NCBI RefSeq assembly: GCF_009914755.1
Contig: NC_060940.1
Length of the DNA stretch: 64,000 nucleotides
Direction: 5' to 3' (one strand)
DNA from: the human T2T-CHM13v2.0 reference genome, Homo sapiens
Below are positions 1 through 64,000 of the stretch, in pieces. Numbering within the stretch: position 1 is the stretch's first letter; each line of letters opens with the position of its first letter. Made by a program: the position numbers and the translations under genes. The notes under the pieces were generated by a model, which saw nothing but the letters and a program-made list of their open reading frames with translations, was not told the DNA's origin and made no database searches.

Positions 1-940
1 CAGCTGCCTGGAGAAAAACACAGTGCTTCTGCTGAGCCAGCAATCTTGCTACTGGTTGTTTATCTTGAAGAAACATTCTTCCAGATCTAGACCCCTCTAG
101 ACCTGTGTAGCATTGTCTGTGATGGAAGGGAGCTGGTAGCAAATCTGAGTGGTCTGTCCAGCCCACCCAATGTCTGCTGGGGAGTTCCCTCAAGACTGCC
201 CCAAACCGTCAAGAGGTAGGGCCAGTTGGAATTCCAAAGAAATAAACACTAAGCGCCGGGGTGATCCGTATCCATCCAAAGCATTTATTAGGGAAACGTA
301 CATAGGGAAGGCTGTAGTGTTCTCATGACAGACAGCAAGAAGGGAGATGAGTCTGTTCATAACGAGGAGGTGGGTTTATGGAGTTTATATGAGTGTTTAA
401 GGGATTCGGTTCAGGGCTGGGGCACGTTTAGCATTTGTTTGATCTTTCCATGTTTCCAGCAACAACCTAAACAACTATCAGTGCCTGGGGACATTGAAAG
501 CTCCCTCTAGAACACCTGGACACCGAGTGCCCGTCACTGGAAGGACGAAGAGGTAATAAGTGTGGATCCACACAATAACGTGGAGAGATCTTAAAAACAC
601 AGCCCTTCATGAAAATATAAGAACCAGAAGGATATATTTGTTCAGTCTCATATTAAACATATATTAAAAACACCAGCATGCCAAACAATACTCATTTTGG
701 AAAAAAAAAATACACATCAGAATGGTTACTTTATAGAGGTGGGAAATGAAAGTGGGTATGAAGAGAAAAAGGAATGAATAAATATGTAAAAGGAATGAAG
801 TGTTGCATAGGGTTGAAAAAGGACAATGAAGCCTATGCTGCATCCCACTAGCATAACGCATCACCTGTTTTCCTTTCTCCTCCCTCCTCCCTTCCTGCCT
901 TCATCCCAGCCAGTTCCCCACAGAGGTAATTACGAGTTGC

Positions 941-1068
941 TTAGCACCAAGTCTGAAATACTACACACACTGTCTCGTGAGCTCTCCACAGTGCAATTGA
1001 TCCTTTAGCACCAAGTCTGAAATACTACACACACTGTCTCGTGAGCTCTCCACAGTGCAATTGATCCT
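941..1068. repeat. Perfect 64-bp tandem duplication
   Basis: 941-1004 is identical to 1005-1068. Confidence 0.95.
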
Positions 1069-1701
1069 TTACAGCTTATTTTTATGGCTGCATGATATTC
1101 CAGCTGGGAGGGGGAACATCATTCTCTATTCATGAGAATTGAGGCAATTCCTAAGTTTCTAGCAGTAACACTAACTGTGCAAACTTGTCAGCACAGTGAC
1201 AGTCTGGATTCCCTCCTGGCAGCCCTATCCCCTGACCAAAAAAGGCCCATGCACCCCTCCCTCCAAAAATAAAACAGTGAAGATTATATTTTAGGACTGT
1301 ATTGGTAAAAACACAGATATAATTCAGGGCAGATTCACACTTATATAGTCATTATTATTCTCATTTTTTTCTTCTGAATTTAAAAGAAATTAAACATTTT
1401 CATGAGCCACTAGCCTAATGGATAGGTTTTCCCCGTACTTCGAGGTAATGTTCTACATCACAGCTCCGGCCTGGACTAGAACCCAGGACTCAGTCAAGGC
1501 AGCCTGGTTCTGTCCACCGCAGCTGGCAGCTACTCCAGGCCCCACACTGGTTTCTGTCTGTCTCGATCAAGGCCACATTCGGCATGCCGTGGGGCAGGGG
1601 CTGTGCTGTGCTGGTAAATGTTTAACAACTGGCTGGCTCAGAGGAAAAGCCCTGGTCTTGGCGTTTGCTAATTTTTGTGGTGTAAATAACCCCATGGCCA
1701 A

Positions 1702-1840
1702 TTTTTTTTTTTTTTTTTTTTTAGAGAGGTTCTCACTATATATTGCCCAGGCTGGTTTTGAACTCATGGGCTCAAAGGATTCTCCCGCCCTGGCTTCCCA
1801 AAGTGCTGGGATTACAAGTGTGAGCCACCGTGCCCAGCCC
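1702..1840 (-). mobile_element. Alu monomer (FLAM/AluJ arm) within a MER63-like remnant
   Basis: polyT followed by an Alu left-arm reverse complement. Confidence 0.8.
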
Positions 1841-1958
1841 TCTTAATTTTTAATAATGGCTGTGTTTCACAAAAATTTTGGAAAGTTTAACAACTATCAA
1901 GTTGATGCCCCACTATACCAGTGCACCGCTGGCAGAAGGACCCATGAAACCTGGGAAG

Positions 1959-1977
1959 ACTACATTTCCCAGAAGCC
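1959..1977 (+). promoter_or_regulatory. ZNF143/THAP11-type ACTACAnnTCCCA (SBS) motif in the DRC7 promoter
   Basis: ACTACATTTCCCAGAAGCC is a near-perfect match to the ACTACA-extended SBS motif, just upstream of the presumed first exon. Confidence 0.7.
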
Positions 1978-1999
1978 TCCTCTCCCAGGACCGGCGTTC

Positions 2000-2059
2000 A
2001 GCTTCCCAGGTTGTTACCATGGAGATGGCTAACAGCTAGAGCAGGCTGTCCTCGGAGGG
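2000..2059 (+). other. DRC7: DRC7 probable non-coding exon 1 (start approximate)
   Basis: Follows the promoter motifs and ends at donor GAGGG|GTGAGG (GT at 2060). Confidence 0.6.
2013..2026. promoter_or_regulatory. RFX X-box at the DRC7 transcription start
   Basis: GTTACCATGGAGAT resembles GTYNCY-AT-RGNRAC; RFX X-boxes are typical of ciliary gene promoters. Confidence 0.75.
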
Positions 2060-3670
2060 GTGAGGAGGGAGCAAGGGACTTGGGGTGGCTGGACCCTGTC
2101 TGGCAGGGAAAGGGTGAGGCTGGTGGCCCCCTTCTGCCTGGGGGCCTCCAGCCCTGATCTTTCTGGGGAAGTTGTTGGTGGGGTGTGTGTGCGTGTTTAT
2201 GTGTGTTGGGAGGAGGAAGTTGCTGGTGGAGAGGGGGTGCAGGGAAGGGCCGGTGGGTTGGGGCAGAATCTAAGGAACCTTGAGATAAGACTGCCTTCCC
2301 CACACTGGGCTATAGCTGAAGAGGCCACCTGTGTAGGGAATAAAGTGCTGTGGGTTCTTCTCCCCAGCTCTGCCTCTGATGGTGTTCTGGGACTGACACG
2401 TCGGCTTCCTCTTCAGCCTACTTCTTTCCTTGCCCACCACTCCCCCACCCCCACCATCCCTTCTAGCACTTCCCCATCTCATATCTCTTCCAGCCTGAGA
2501 CACACAGGTTTCACAACCAGAAATACAGGGGTTCAAATCCCAGACCTGCTACTTACTGGCTGTACCTTAAGCAGTGCACTTAACTTCTCTGGGCCCCAAT
2601 CTTCTCATCTGCAAAGTGGGTGTCCTCAGTGTCTGCCTCATAGAGTCAGTAGAGGATAAGTGAGATGATCTCCGTACAACCCTCAGCACAGGTCTGACAC
2701 ACAGTAGGCATTCAGCAAACTGTAAATGCCTTGTAATGGTGATGACTGCCCTTCCTGGGCTCATTGTCTCTGGGACCAAGAGGCCAACAAATGGATCTGA
2801 TCACTGAGAAGTGCTGCTTGGCTAGAGGTTCTCCCCTGAGGATCTGGGGTCCTGAATGGTGTTGGGCTACCTAGGCCTTGGGTGGCTTCCAGCCAGATGA
2901 GCATTCGTCCCCTCCTGAGTCCCAGAGCACAGAATGTCAGAATTGGACAGAAAATATCTGCCCTCCCTTCCTACTATAAAGAGAAACTAAGGCACAGGAA
3001 GGCGCAGACAGTGACCCAAGGGTCCAGCAGGAGCTACTGGCAAAGCCAGGGTTTCCCCAACCAGGCTCAGTCGTGGCTGGTGGCCAGGGACTCACCTCCC
3101 TAGGAGGCCGAGGTGGCCCATGTGGGTGTGGAGTTGGAAATTGGGGCCAGCCTTTATCTGCTGCTCCCTTCTGCCCTCTTGCTCCTGGCTTCACCCAGGG
3201 AAGTGGGGGATGATTAGAAAATCAAGGGGATTCTGCTTTTTTTCCTTACTACTCGCCCCCTTTGTCCTGTGGGTTTCGTTTGTTTTCCTCATCTCTGGAC
3301 CCCCATTTGCCGTAAGGAAAACAGATGTTCGAGGACAGAAATGGAAAGACCCCAGCTGGGAGGCTGCAGATAGTGCATCAGCTGGGATGGCGTTGGGTGG
3401 TGTGGAACAGGGACCCCCATAGAAGCTGAGGTTTCTTATATAAGGAAAGGCTAGAGGTGGCACTCCAGGCCTCTGTGGCACTGCTGGGGACCCCAGCTCC
3501 CCCATCTCTCGGCCCTGCCGTCCATAGCAGGCAGCTTTAGCCCTCATGTGTGGCCACCTCATGGTCTCGCCTTGGCTGCCCCACCTCCCACTTTATCTCC
3601 ACATTCCAGGTGGGAGGAGGAGAAGGGCAGAGGGCTCCCCAATCACTTCTGCCCACATCTCATTGGCCAG

Positions 3671-3801
3671 AACCGGGTCACATCGCAGGGCCACCTCTAG
3701 CTGCAAGAGAATCTGGGAAGCTGAGCAATTCAAACCAGGCACACTGCTGCCCCCCACACAACTGGGGTTCTGCCGTATAGAAGAGGAGACTGGATCTTTG
3801 G
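3671..3801 (+). other. DRC7: DRC7 probable non-coding exon 2, overlapping an old MaLR (MLT1-type) LTR
   Basis: CCAG| acceptor at 3670 and donor TTTGG|GTAGGT at 3802; matches my recollection of the DRC7 5'UTR. Confidence 0.55.
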
Positions 3802-4027
3802 GTAGGTGACTAGCAGTCCCCGCTCAGTGTGGCTCTGCTCTGTGACCACAGGACATATGGTGAGCACATGTGGCGTCTCTGCGTGGATCACAGAATGAAG
3901 CCTGTTCTCTGGGCCAACACAGGCCTTGGCCAAGAGAGAGTAGGCTGTGTTACCCCCACCCCCCACTCCCTGTTTGTATGCCCTGGTGCAGGCACCTTCA
4001 CTCTCTGTGCCTCGGTTCCCAGTTTGA

Positions 4028-4435
<408 letters not shown>

Positions 4436-4499
4436 TAAGAAACTTGACAATACTATAGTAATCCCCACAGCATTCACAGTACTTGTCATTGATAACTGT

Positions 4500-4800
4500 C
4501 AGCTGGCACAATGGCTCATGCCTGTAATCCCAGCACTTTGGGAGGCCAAAGCAGGAAGATCGCTTGAGGCCAGGAGTTTGAGCCTGGGCAACATAGCCAG
4601 ACCCTGTCTCTACCAAAAAAAAAAAATAGCCAGGTGTGGTGGTGTGCACCTGTGGTCTCAGCTACTGGGGAGGCTGAGGTGGGAGGATTGCTTGAGCCTG
4701 GGAGTTTGAAGCTGCGGTGAGCCATGATCGTGCTGCTGCACTCCAAGCCTGGGTGACAGAGCAAGACCCTGTCTCAAAAAAATAAAAAATTTAAAAAAAA
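4500..4800 (+). mobile_element. Alu (J-type)
   Basis: Full dimer with A tail. Confidence 0.9.
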
Positions 4801-5156
4801 AGATAACTGTCAAATATACTAAAAGCAAATCGACACGTGCCTTTCCCTGTCCTGTCCTGAGGATGGCTTCCAACCGGAGGCCTGCTTTGTCTTTGTTGTA
4901 AAGGAATATTTGCCAGGATTAGAAAGGTGTTACAGATGGGGTAGCACCAAACAGAGACTTTCTCCATGTTTGAAAGGAAGTCAAAGAGGGAATCACTCCC
5001 TATGTGTTCGACACCTCCTCAAAACCATCTCCCAGGCCTCCCGGGGATGCCCAGATGGTGTTGGTGGCTCCTGCCTGGGCTGACAGTCGGCCATGGAGTA
5101 TACTTACCCTTCCCCACAGAGACATTCCATCTCCAGACACCCAGAGACGCTCCAGA

Positions 5157-38464
<33,308 letters not shown>

Positions 38465-38637
38465 TGTCCCTCCTGGGGCCTCAGCCAGAGCTGCCAGAGA
38501 AAGGAAACCTCTTCCCGCAGCCTGGCTCCTGTGTTCCCTCTATCCAGCCAATGCCTGTTTACACAGACACCTGGCCTCACTGCCAGCCCACCTCCCCTAC
38601 AGCCCTGTTTGTTCCTGCTTCTCATGATTTTCCTGTA

Positions 38638-38643
38638 AATAAA
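38638..38643 (+). terminator. DRC7: DRC7 polyadenylation signal AATAAA
   Basis: AATAAA ~175 nt after the stop, followed by T/GT-rich sequence. Confidence 0.8.
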
Positions 38644-39006
38644 CACACTCTTAATTTGCCATTTGTGCCTTGCGCTTCACAAGCTCCAGCAGCAGCCTTT
38701 CTCTTCTTCTGTTATCTATAGCCTGGGACCACCCCCTTCCTCCCCTTGGCCTGTCGTTTGCTTCCTGTCCTTCTCTCCGTTGGAATGTCAGGTCTTCACA
38801 GCACCTCTGCAGATGGTCCCACAGCCATCTGCAAACAACTGGTTATATCTCAATGTGACTAGGGTGGCCCACCTCACCAAGTGGGATGGGGAAGGCTAAG
38901 ATGCATGCCCCAGAATTTGAGGACTGAATCCCAGCTCCTCCTCTTACCAGATACCACTTACCCATCTGTGGAATGGGGTAGCATTGTTGCATTAAATAAG
39001 ACTTAT

Positions 39007-39310
39007 GGCCAGGTGTGGTGGCTCACACCTGTAATCCCAACATTTAGGGAGGCTGAGGCAGGAGGATCACTTGATCCCAGGAGTTTGAGACCAGCCTGGG
39101 CAACATAATAAGACCCCATCTCTAAAAAAAAAAAAAAACAAAGAGCCAGGCATGGTGGCATGAGCCTGTAGTCCCAGCTACTCAGGAGGCTGAGGTAGGA
39201 GGATCACTTTCACCTAGGAAGTCAAGGCTGCAGTGAGCCATGATTGCACCACTGCACTTCAGCCTAAGCAACAGAGCAAAACCCTGTCTCAAAAAAAAAG
39301 AAAAAAAAGA
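39007..39310 (+). mobile_element. Alu (J-type)
   Basis: Alu consensus match. Confidence 0.9.
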
Positions 39311-39789
39311 CATAAATTATAAAGCAGGGAGGCTGGGAATGGCACATAGAAAGCAGTCATTAAATGTTAGCTTACAAAATAGCCAAAAAACACATGAAAT
39401 GGTTGTCAAATTCATGAGTCATCTGGCAAATGAAATGTCACAACACCCTCCGGTATGAAAAAAATAAAAAGTACTGGTGACGATGAGAAACAACTGGAAC
39501 TCCCAAATAGCCTTCCTAGTGAAAGTATAAATCAGTACAACCATTTTGGAAAACTGCTTGGCATTATCTATTAAAGCTAAACTAAAGCCCAACAATTCTA
39601 CTCTTAGGTTCTACTCCAATCCATCATTCATCAAGTAAGAATGATGAACAACTCAACCGAAATGTAGATAGATAGTTATCTGCTAAAAGGCATGTGCTAG
39701 AACTTTCATAGCAGCATTATTGATAATAGCACCATACTTGGAAGTTACCCAAATGCCCATCAAGAGCAGAATGGATACATAAATTGTGG

Positions 39790-39960
39790 TCTTCAGATAT
39801 TTTGGGTTGTCTTTAACTGCTTAGGGAGAACTGCTTAGGGAGAATGCTACTGGCATCTAGTGCATACAGGCCAGGGATGCTGCTAAACATTCTACAATGC
39901 CCAGAACAGCCCCCCACAGCAAATAATTATCTAGGTCTAAATGCCAATAATGTTGAGGTT
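39790..39960. mobile_element. MER20-type DNA transposon fragment
   Basis: gctactggcatctagtg...ccagggatgctgctaaacattctacaatgc motif. Confidence 0.65.
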
Positions 39961-39966
39961 ATAGAG

Positions 39967-40330
39967 TATATTAGTCTGTTTTCACACTGCTGATTAAGAC
40001 ATACTCAAGACTGGGTAATTTGTAAAGAAAAAGAGGTTTAATGGACTCACAGTTCCACACGGCTGGGGAGGCCCCACAATCATGGCAGAAGGCCAAAGGC
40101 ACATCTTACATGGTGGCAGACAAGAAAGAATGAGAACCAAGCAAAAAGGAAAATCCCTTATAAAATCATCAGCTCTCGTGAGACTAATTCACTACCATGA
40201 GAACAGTATGTGGGAAACCCCTCCCATGATTCAGTTATCTCCCACTGGGTCCCTCCCACAATATGTGGGAATTATGGGAGCTACAATTCACAAGATGAGA
40301 TTTGGGTGGGGATACAGCCAAACCATATCA
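39967..40330 (-). mobile_element. THE1-type MaLR solo LTR
   Basis: tatattagtctgttttcacactgctg...aaccatatca; perfect 5-bp TSD TAGAG. Confidence 0.88.
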
Positions 40331-41049
40331 TAGAGCAATGAAAATGAATGAACTGCAACACAACTATATGGAATGATATGGTCAAACTGCCTAAGTATAA
40401 TGTCAAAAGATTCAAGACACAAAAGTACATACTCTATTATTCCATTTATGGAAAGAACAAAAATAAGGAAAATTAATTGGTGATATTAGAAGTCAGGACA
40501 ACCGTCACTCTTGGAGTGTGAGGGTTAGTGAATGGATGTGAGCATGGAGCCCTGGGAGGGGAGGTTCTGGTTTCTAGTCACGTTCTGCTTTTTGACCTGG
40601 GTGTGTTCGGTTTGTAAAAATTCATCAACCTTGTGCACTTACAATGTGTCCTCTGGAGTGTTTTTGACTGCTTGTTGTCATGAATCTAATCAAGCCTTTA
40701 GCCCTAACTTAAGAAATTCAAGGGAAGAAATGCATTTAAGAAGAACGTCCATCTAACAAGAACTTCAGGAAATTCAGGTAAATGATACTAAAAGGAAACA
40801 TTCCTAACGTGGGACAATCTAGGTAAATGGCCTGATCTCTTCAAAAGATCGATGTCATAAAAATAAAAGTTTGGGGACAGAAATGGAAAGAACTTAAGAG
40901 TCAAGTGTGGTGAATACTGATTGGTTCTTAGTTAGAAAAAAAAAGTCCTAAAAGGTTTTTGGGATGACTGGGGACATACGAATATGGACTGGCTGTTACA
41001 GAATTAAATTTTCTTAGCAGTGGTGATAACAATGGTTATTGTAGAATAA

Positions 41050-41352
<303 letters not shown>

Positions 41353-42029
41353 AAGGGCCTTATTTTTAAGAGATACATGCTCAGTATTTGGTGTTGGGGT
41401 GAAATGTCATATCTACAATTTTCAAATGGTTCCGAAAAGACACACAGACGAAGCAAATATGGCAAACTGTTAACAAGTACTGGAATCTACGTGGTATCAT
41501 TATATTGTCTTTTAAAGTTTTCTCTGTTTAGTTTTCTTTTTATAATACAAAATTAAGGGGAACTGCAGGCTAGACAGTTTTGATCCGATGTTATTCTGCT
41601 AATCTTTTAAAGGTGTCTTGCGGTGACTCACGCCTGTAATCCCAGCACTTCGGGAGGCTGAGGCGGGTGGATCACCTAAGGTCAGGAGTTCAAGACCAGC
41701 CTGGCCAAAATGGAGAAACCCCGTCTCTACTAAAAATATAAAAACTAGCCTTAGCCCGTCGTGGTGGCGGGCGCCTGTGGTTCCAGCTACCCAGGAGGCT
41801 GAAGCAGGAGAATCTGAAGCAGAAGGCTGAAGCAGAAGGCAGAGTGGGGACTCCCCCACGCTTTGGCTTTCAGAACAAGGGTTCGAATTCTGGGGCTATT
41901 ACTTTCTGACCGTGTGGTTTTCTGCAAGCATCTTAACCCGGGCCTCAGTTTCCTCATCTGTAAATGGGAACAGGAATTCCTACCCCTTATGGTTGTACTG
42001 GGCGTTATGTGAGCCCAAGGAGCCCTGAC

Positions 42030-43300
42030 CTGCGGTGAGAGGCTGGAGGCCGAAGGGCAAGGTTCGAGGGGCTCTGGGTGCCTGGGACAACCTCTGGGCA
42101 ACAGGGAGAGGCGGCTGCGGGGCCAAGTCCCTCCTAAGCGGCCACGCGAGAGGCCCTGAGTCGAGAAGGGTTACGGCGCTTCCCAGAGCCCACCCCGCCC
42201 AACGTGTCACAAATAAAGCTGGCCTTTCTCCGATTCCCTGATTGCAGCCATTCAGGGAGCAGCCCCTTGCCCACGCATCCATTAGTCGAGGCGGTGGCTG
42301 CGTGTGCAGTGCTACAGGGTTCAGCGCCTGCCTCGGCTCCGGAATCAGGCTGTTTCCTTCTAGACCTCCCATGGGGGATTCAAGCCGGCGTCCGGGTCAA
42401 AGAACAGGGACAAAGTCCTCCTGCCATGGGGGACCATCTGCAGGCAAAGTGAAGAATGAGGAGCTTCGGCAAAATGCCGACTAAGGCCTCCTTAGGTTTT
42501 GCCCCACTCCAAGATGGAAGGCCTGAGGCTTCACACTGCCCCCGAAGTTCCTTTCCCATTGGCTATCTGGGAATTGAGTTTTCCAATAATGCGGACGCTG
42601 ATTGGTCAATCCAGGACGGTTGCTCAAGCCATTGGCGCAGCCGCCATTGGAGGGCGGCTCTCAAAAGTTTTCAGACACAAATTAGGTTCGAGGAAGGAAA
42701 CGGAGAGGAAAGGGAAAACTTGAGACGGAGGCGGGACTAAGGAAACGGCAGCTTGCATTGGTTTATTAGAGGCCAAGGGGCGGCTCTTGAACGTTCCTTC
42801 CTCTTGATTAGTCCTATTTAGGAAAAGAGGGCGGGTACTGAGGAAAAGCGGCAGAAGCGCCTGCTTCCATTGGTCAGTCCTGGCAGGAGGCGGAGCACCC
42901 GCGGCAGCTGATTGGTGCGGGAGGCAAGGTGGGCGGGGCTCTGAGCCGGAGGTTTTGTTGTGAGGGTCGGTTGTCAAGCAGCGGCCAATCAAGGCAGGGG
43001 ATGGAGGCAAGTGGGGGTCGCGCCTGGAGCGGAGCCTCGGCCTCCGGAGCCGCAGCTGCAGGTGGAGTGGGCAAGGGGACGAGGTGGCGAGGGGACGGTG
43101 GGCCCTGGGCTGGGCCGAGCCAGGCGGGGCTGGCTGGGCTTGCGGGCAGAGAGCTCTGAGCGTGGGGAGGCTAGAGCCCGTACTCCGCAAGCAGAGGGTT
43201 GGGAGGATCAGCCGTGGCCGAGGGACCTGCCCCCGCCCCCGGACGAGAGGGGTCGGGGTGGAGGCCGGAGGGGGCAAAACCAGGGAGGCCGGAAGCAGAG
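42030..43300. promoter_or_regulatory. KATNB1: KATNB1 CpG-island promoter with nine CCAAT boxes and several GC boxes
   Basis: CpG-rich; ATTGG/CCAAT at 42558, 42583, 42601, 42631, 42646, 42757, 42869, 42911, 42985; GGGCGG at ~42652, 42778, 42828, 42931. Confidence 0.85.
42980..43061 (+). other. KATNB1: KATNB1 non-coding exon 1 (start approximate)
   Basis: Inside the CpG island; donor GCTGCAG|GTGGAG at 43062. Confidence 0.6.
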
Positions 43301-44449
43301 CTGGGGGTCTGCAGAAGGACAGGTAATGAATAGGGAGAAGAGAAGTAGGAGAATGAATGAATGGGAGACCCCGCGAGCATATGGGAAAGGGCAGTAACGG
43401 GAGTCTGGCGAGGCAGGGGCCACGTGAGGGATATCGGGAGACAGGATGTGCATAAGTGGGAGACTCAGGGGGCAGGGAGAAAAGGGGGTGTGAACGGAGG
43501 ACTAGAGAGGCAGACCCGGGGACCCAGGAGAAAGGGGACGGAGGGGAGCGGGCTCATGGGAAAGAGGTGAAGTGGCTGTGGGAAGGAGGTGGGAGGCTCC
43601 ATGAGGAGGCCTTTTAGAGTTGAAGAGTCATAGCCACTTACGCCCAGACTGGAGGCCTAGTTCCTAGCTCTGTCCTTGGGAATCGCAGGGAGCAGGAGCG
43701 GTTCCCTTGCCAGGAGCTGGGGAATTGGACCATCAGGGTCGTCTTCGAGATTCTTTCCAGGGAGGACTTCAGTGGCCGTCTCTGGGATGCCTTTCCTAGG
43801 CCCCTAAGCTTAGCTTCTGACTCCGCTCTCCCACATCCCACACGTCAGACAAAAACAACGACTCGCAGGAAATCTATGTGAATTGCAGACACGTGGTCTT
43901 CTCCGCCCCACTGCGGCTGCTGCACTTTAGGCAGCCAGCATCCCGGAACAGAGCTGCAGCTCATTATCCTGGCCTCTGGGAGGAGTTTCTTTTTCCTTAC
44001 GTTCCAAATCACCCTACCTGAGGTGCCCCCTCTGCAGATTCCCAAACCTAATTTGCAGTGCAGCTTCTGACTCTGGTGGCTTTGGTGGGTGTCAGTCTTT
44101 ATCAAGTGGTCTTGGTGATCCAGGGAGCAACAGCTCTTACCAAGCATTTTCTAACATGACGTCACCTCTTGTTTGTATTGCAGCCCTGTATTGAGCTGAG
44201 ATGGCTCGAGCCTAACATTCCATGATCCAGGATCGTGACAGATGTGCACAGGCTGCTGCTGTTGCTGCTGTGGGTAATTTGGAACCACGAGGCACCCCAG
44301 GGCCAGAAGACGAGGCATTCTGTCTGCCTGGATGTGTGGGAACTCTCTGCCAACTTGATTGGTGGATCTGGGGGGGGATCCACCCCCACCCCACGAGGAA
44401 AGCACAGTTTATTTTGTGGGTGGGGCTTCAGGTGCCAGCCAGCTGAAGG

Positions 44450-64000
<19,551 letters not shown>

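Noticed and set aside
42624-43397. 217-aa minus and 145-aa plus ORFs over the KATNB1 promoter
   Set aside because: Typical CpG-island open frames, Pro/Arg/Gly-rich, with no homology I recognise.

Overview
Human (primate) genomic DNA with two + strand, multi-exon protein-coding genes in tandem, in an Alu/LTR/L1-rich background. (1) DRC7 (CCDC135, nexin-dynein regulatory complex subunit 7) is complete. It has 2 probable non-coding exons (~2000-2059, 3671-3801) and 17 coding exons from ATG 5157 to TGA 38464. I joined them by hand through GT-AG junctions into 2625 nt = 874 aa + stop, with AATAAA at 38638. (2) KATNB1 (katanin p80 WD40 subunit B1) has a CpG-island, CCAAT-rich promoter at ~42000-43300, ATG at 44450 and 19 coding exons; the last is cut off by the window end. 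The 10.7-kb DRC7 intron (14885-25552) holds a decayed MTCH2 processed pseudogene and a nested L1/LTR/Alu stack. The long H/P/S/I-rich and G/W/M/D-rich ORFs in the track are artefacts of two ~1.6-1.7 kb (TCCA)n/(TGGA)n arrays. No new gene system is supported. The best leads are regulatory hypotheses. The two arrays are in opposite orientation and bracket an in-frame, stop-free 1533-nt exon block (circRNA/skip candidate). The KATNB1 5' leader carries several uORFs, including a poly-Cys one (MCTGCCCCCCG) and a 74-codon one in frame with the main ATG. Repeat family names come from recall of consensus sequences and are tentative, and repeat boundaries are approximate.
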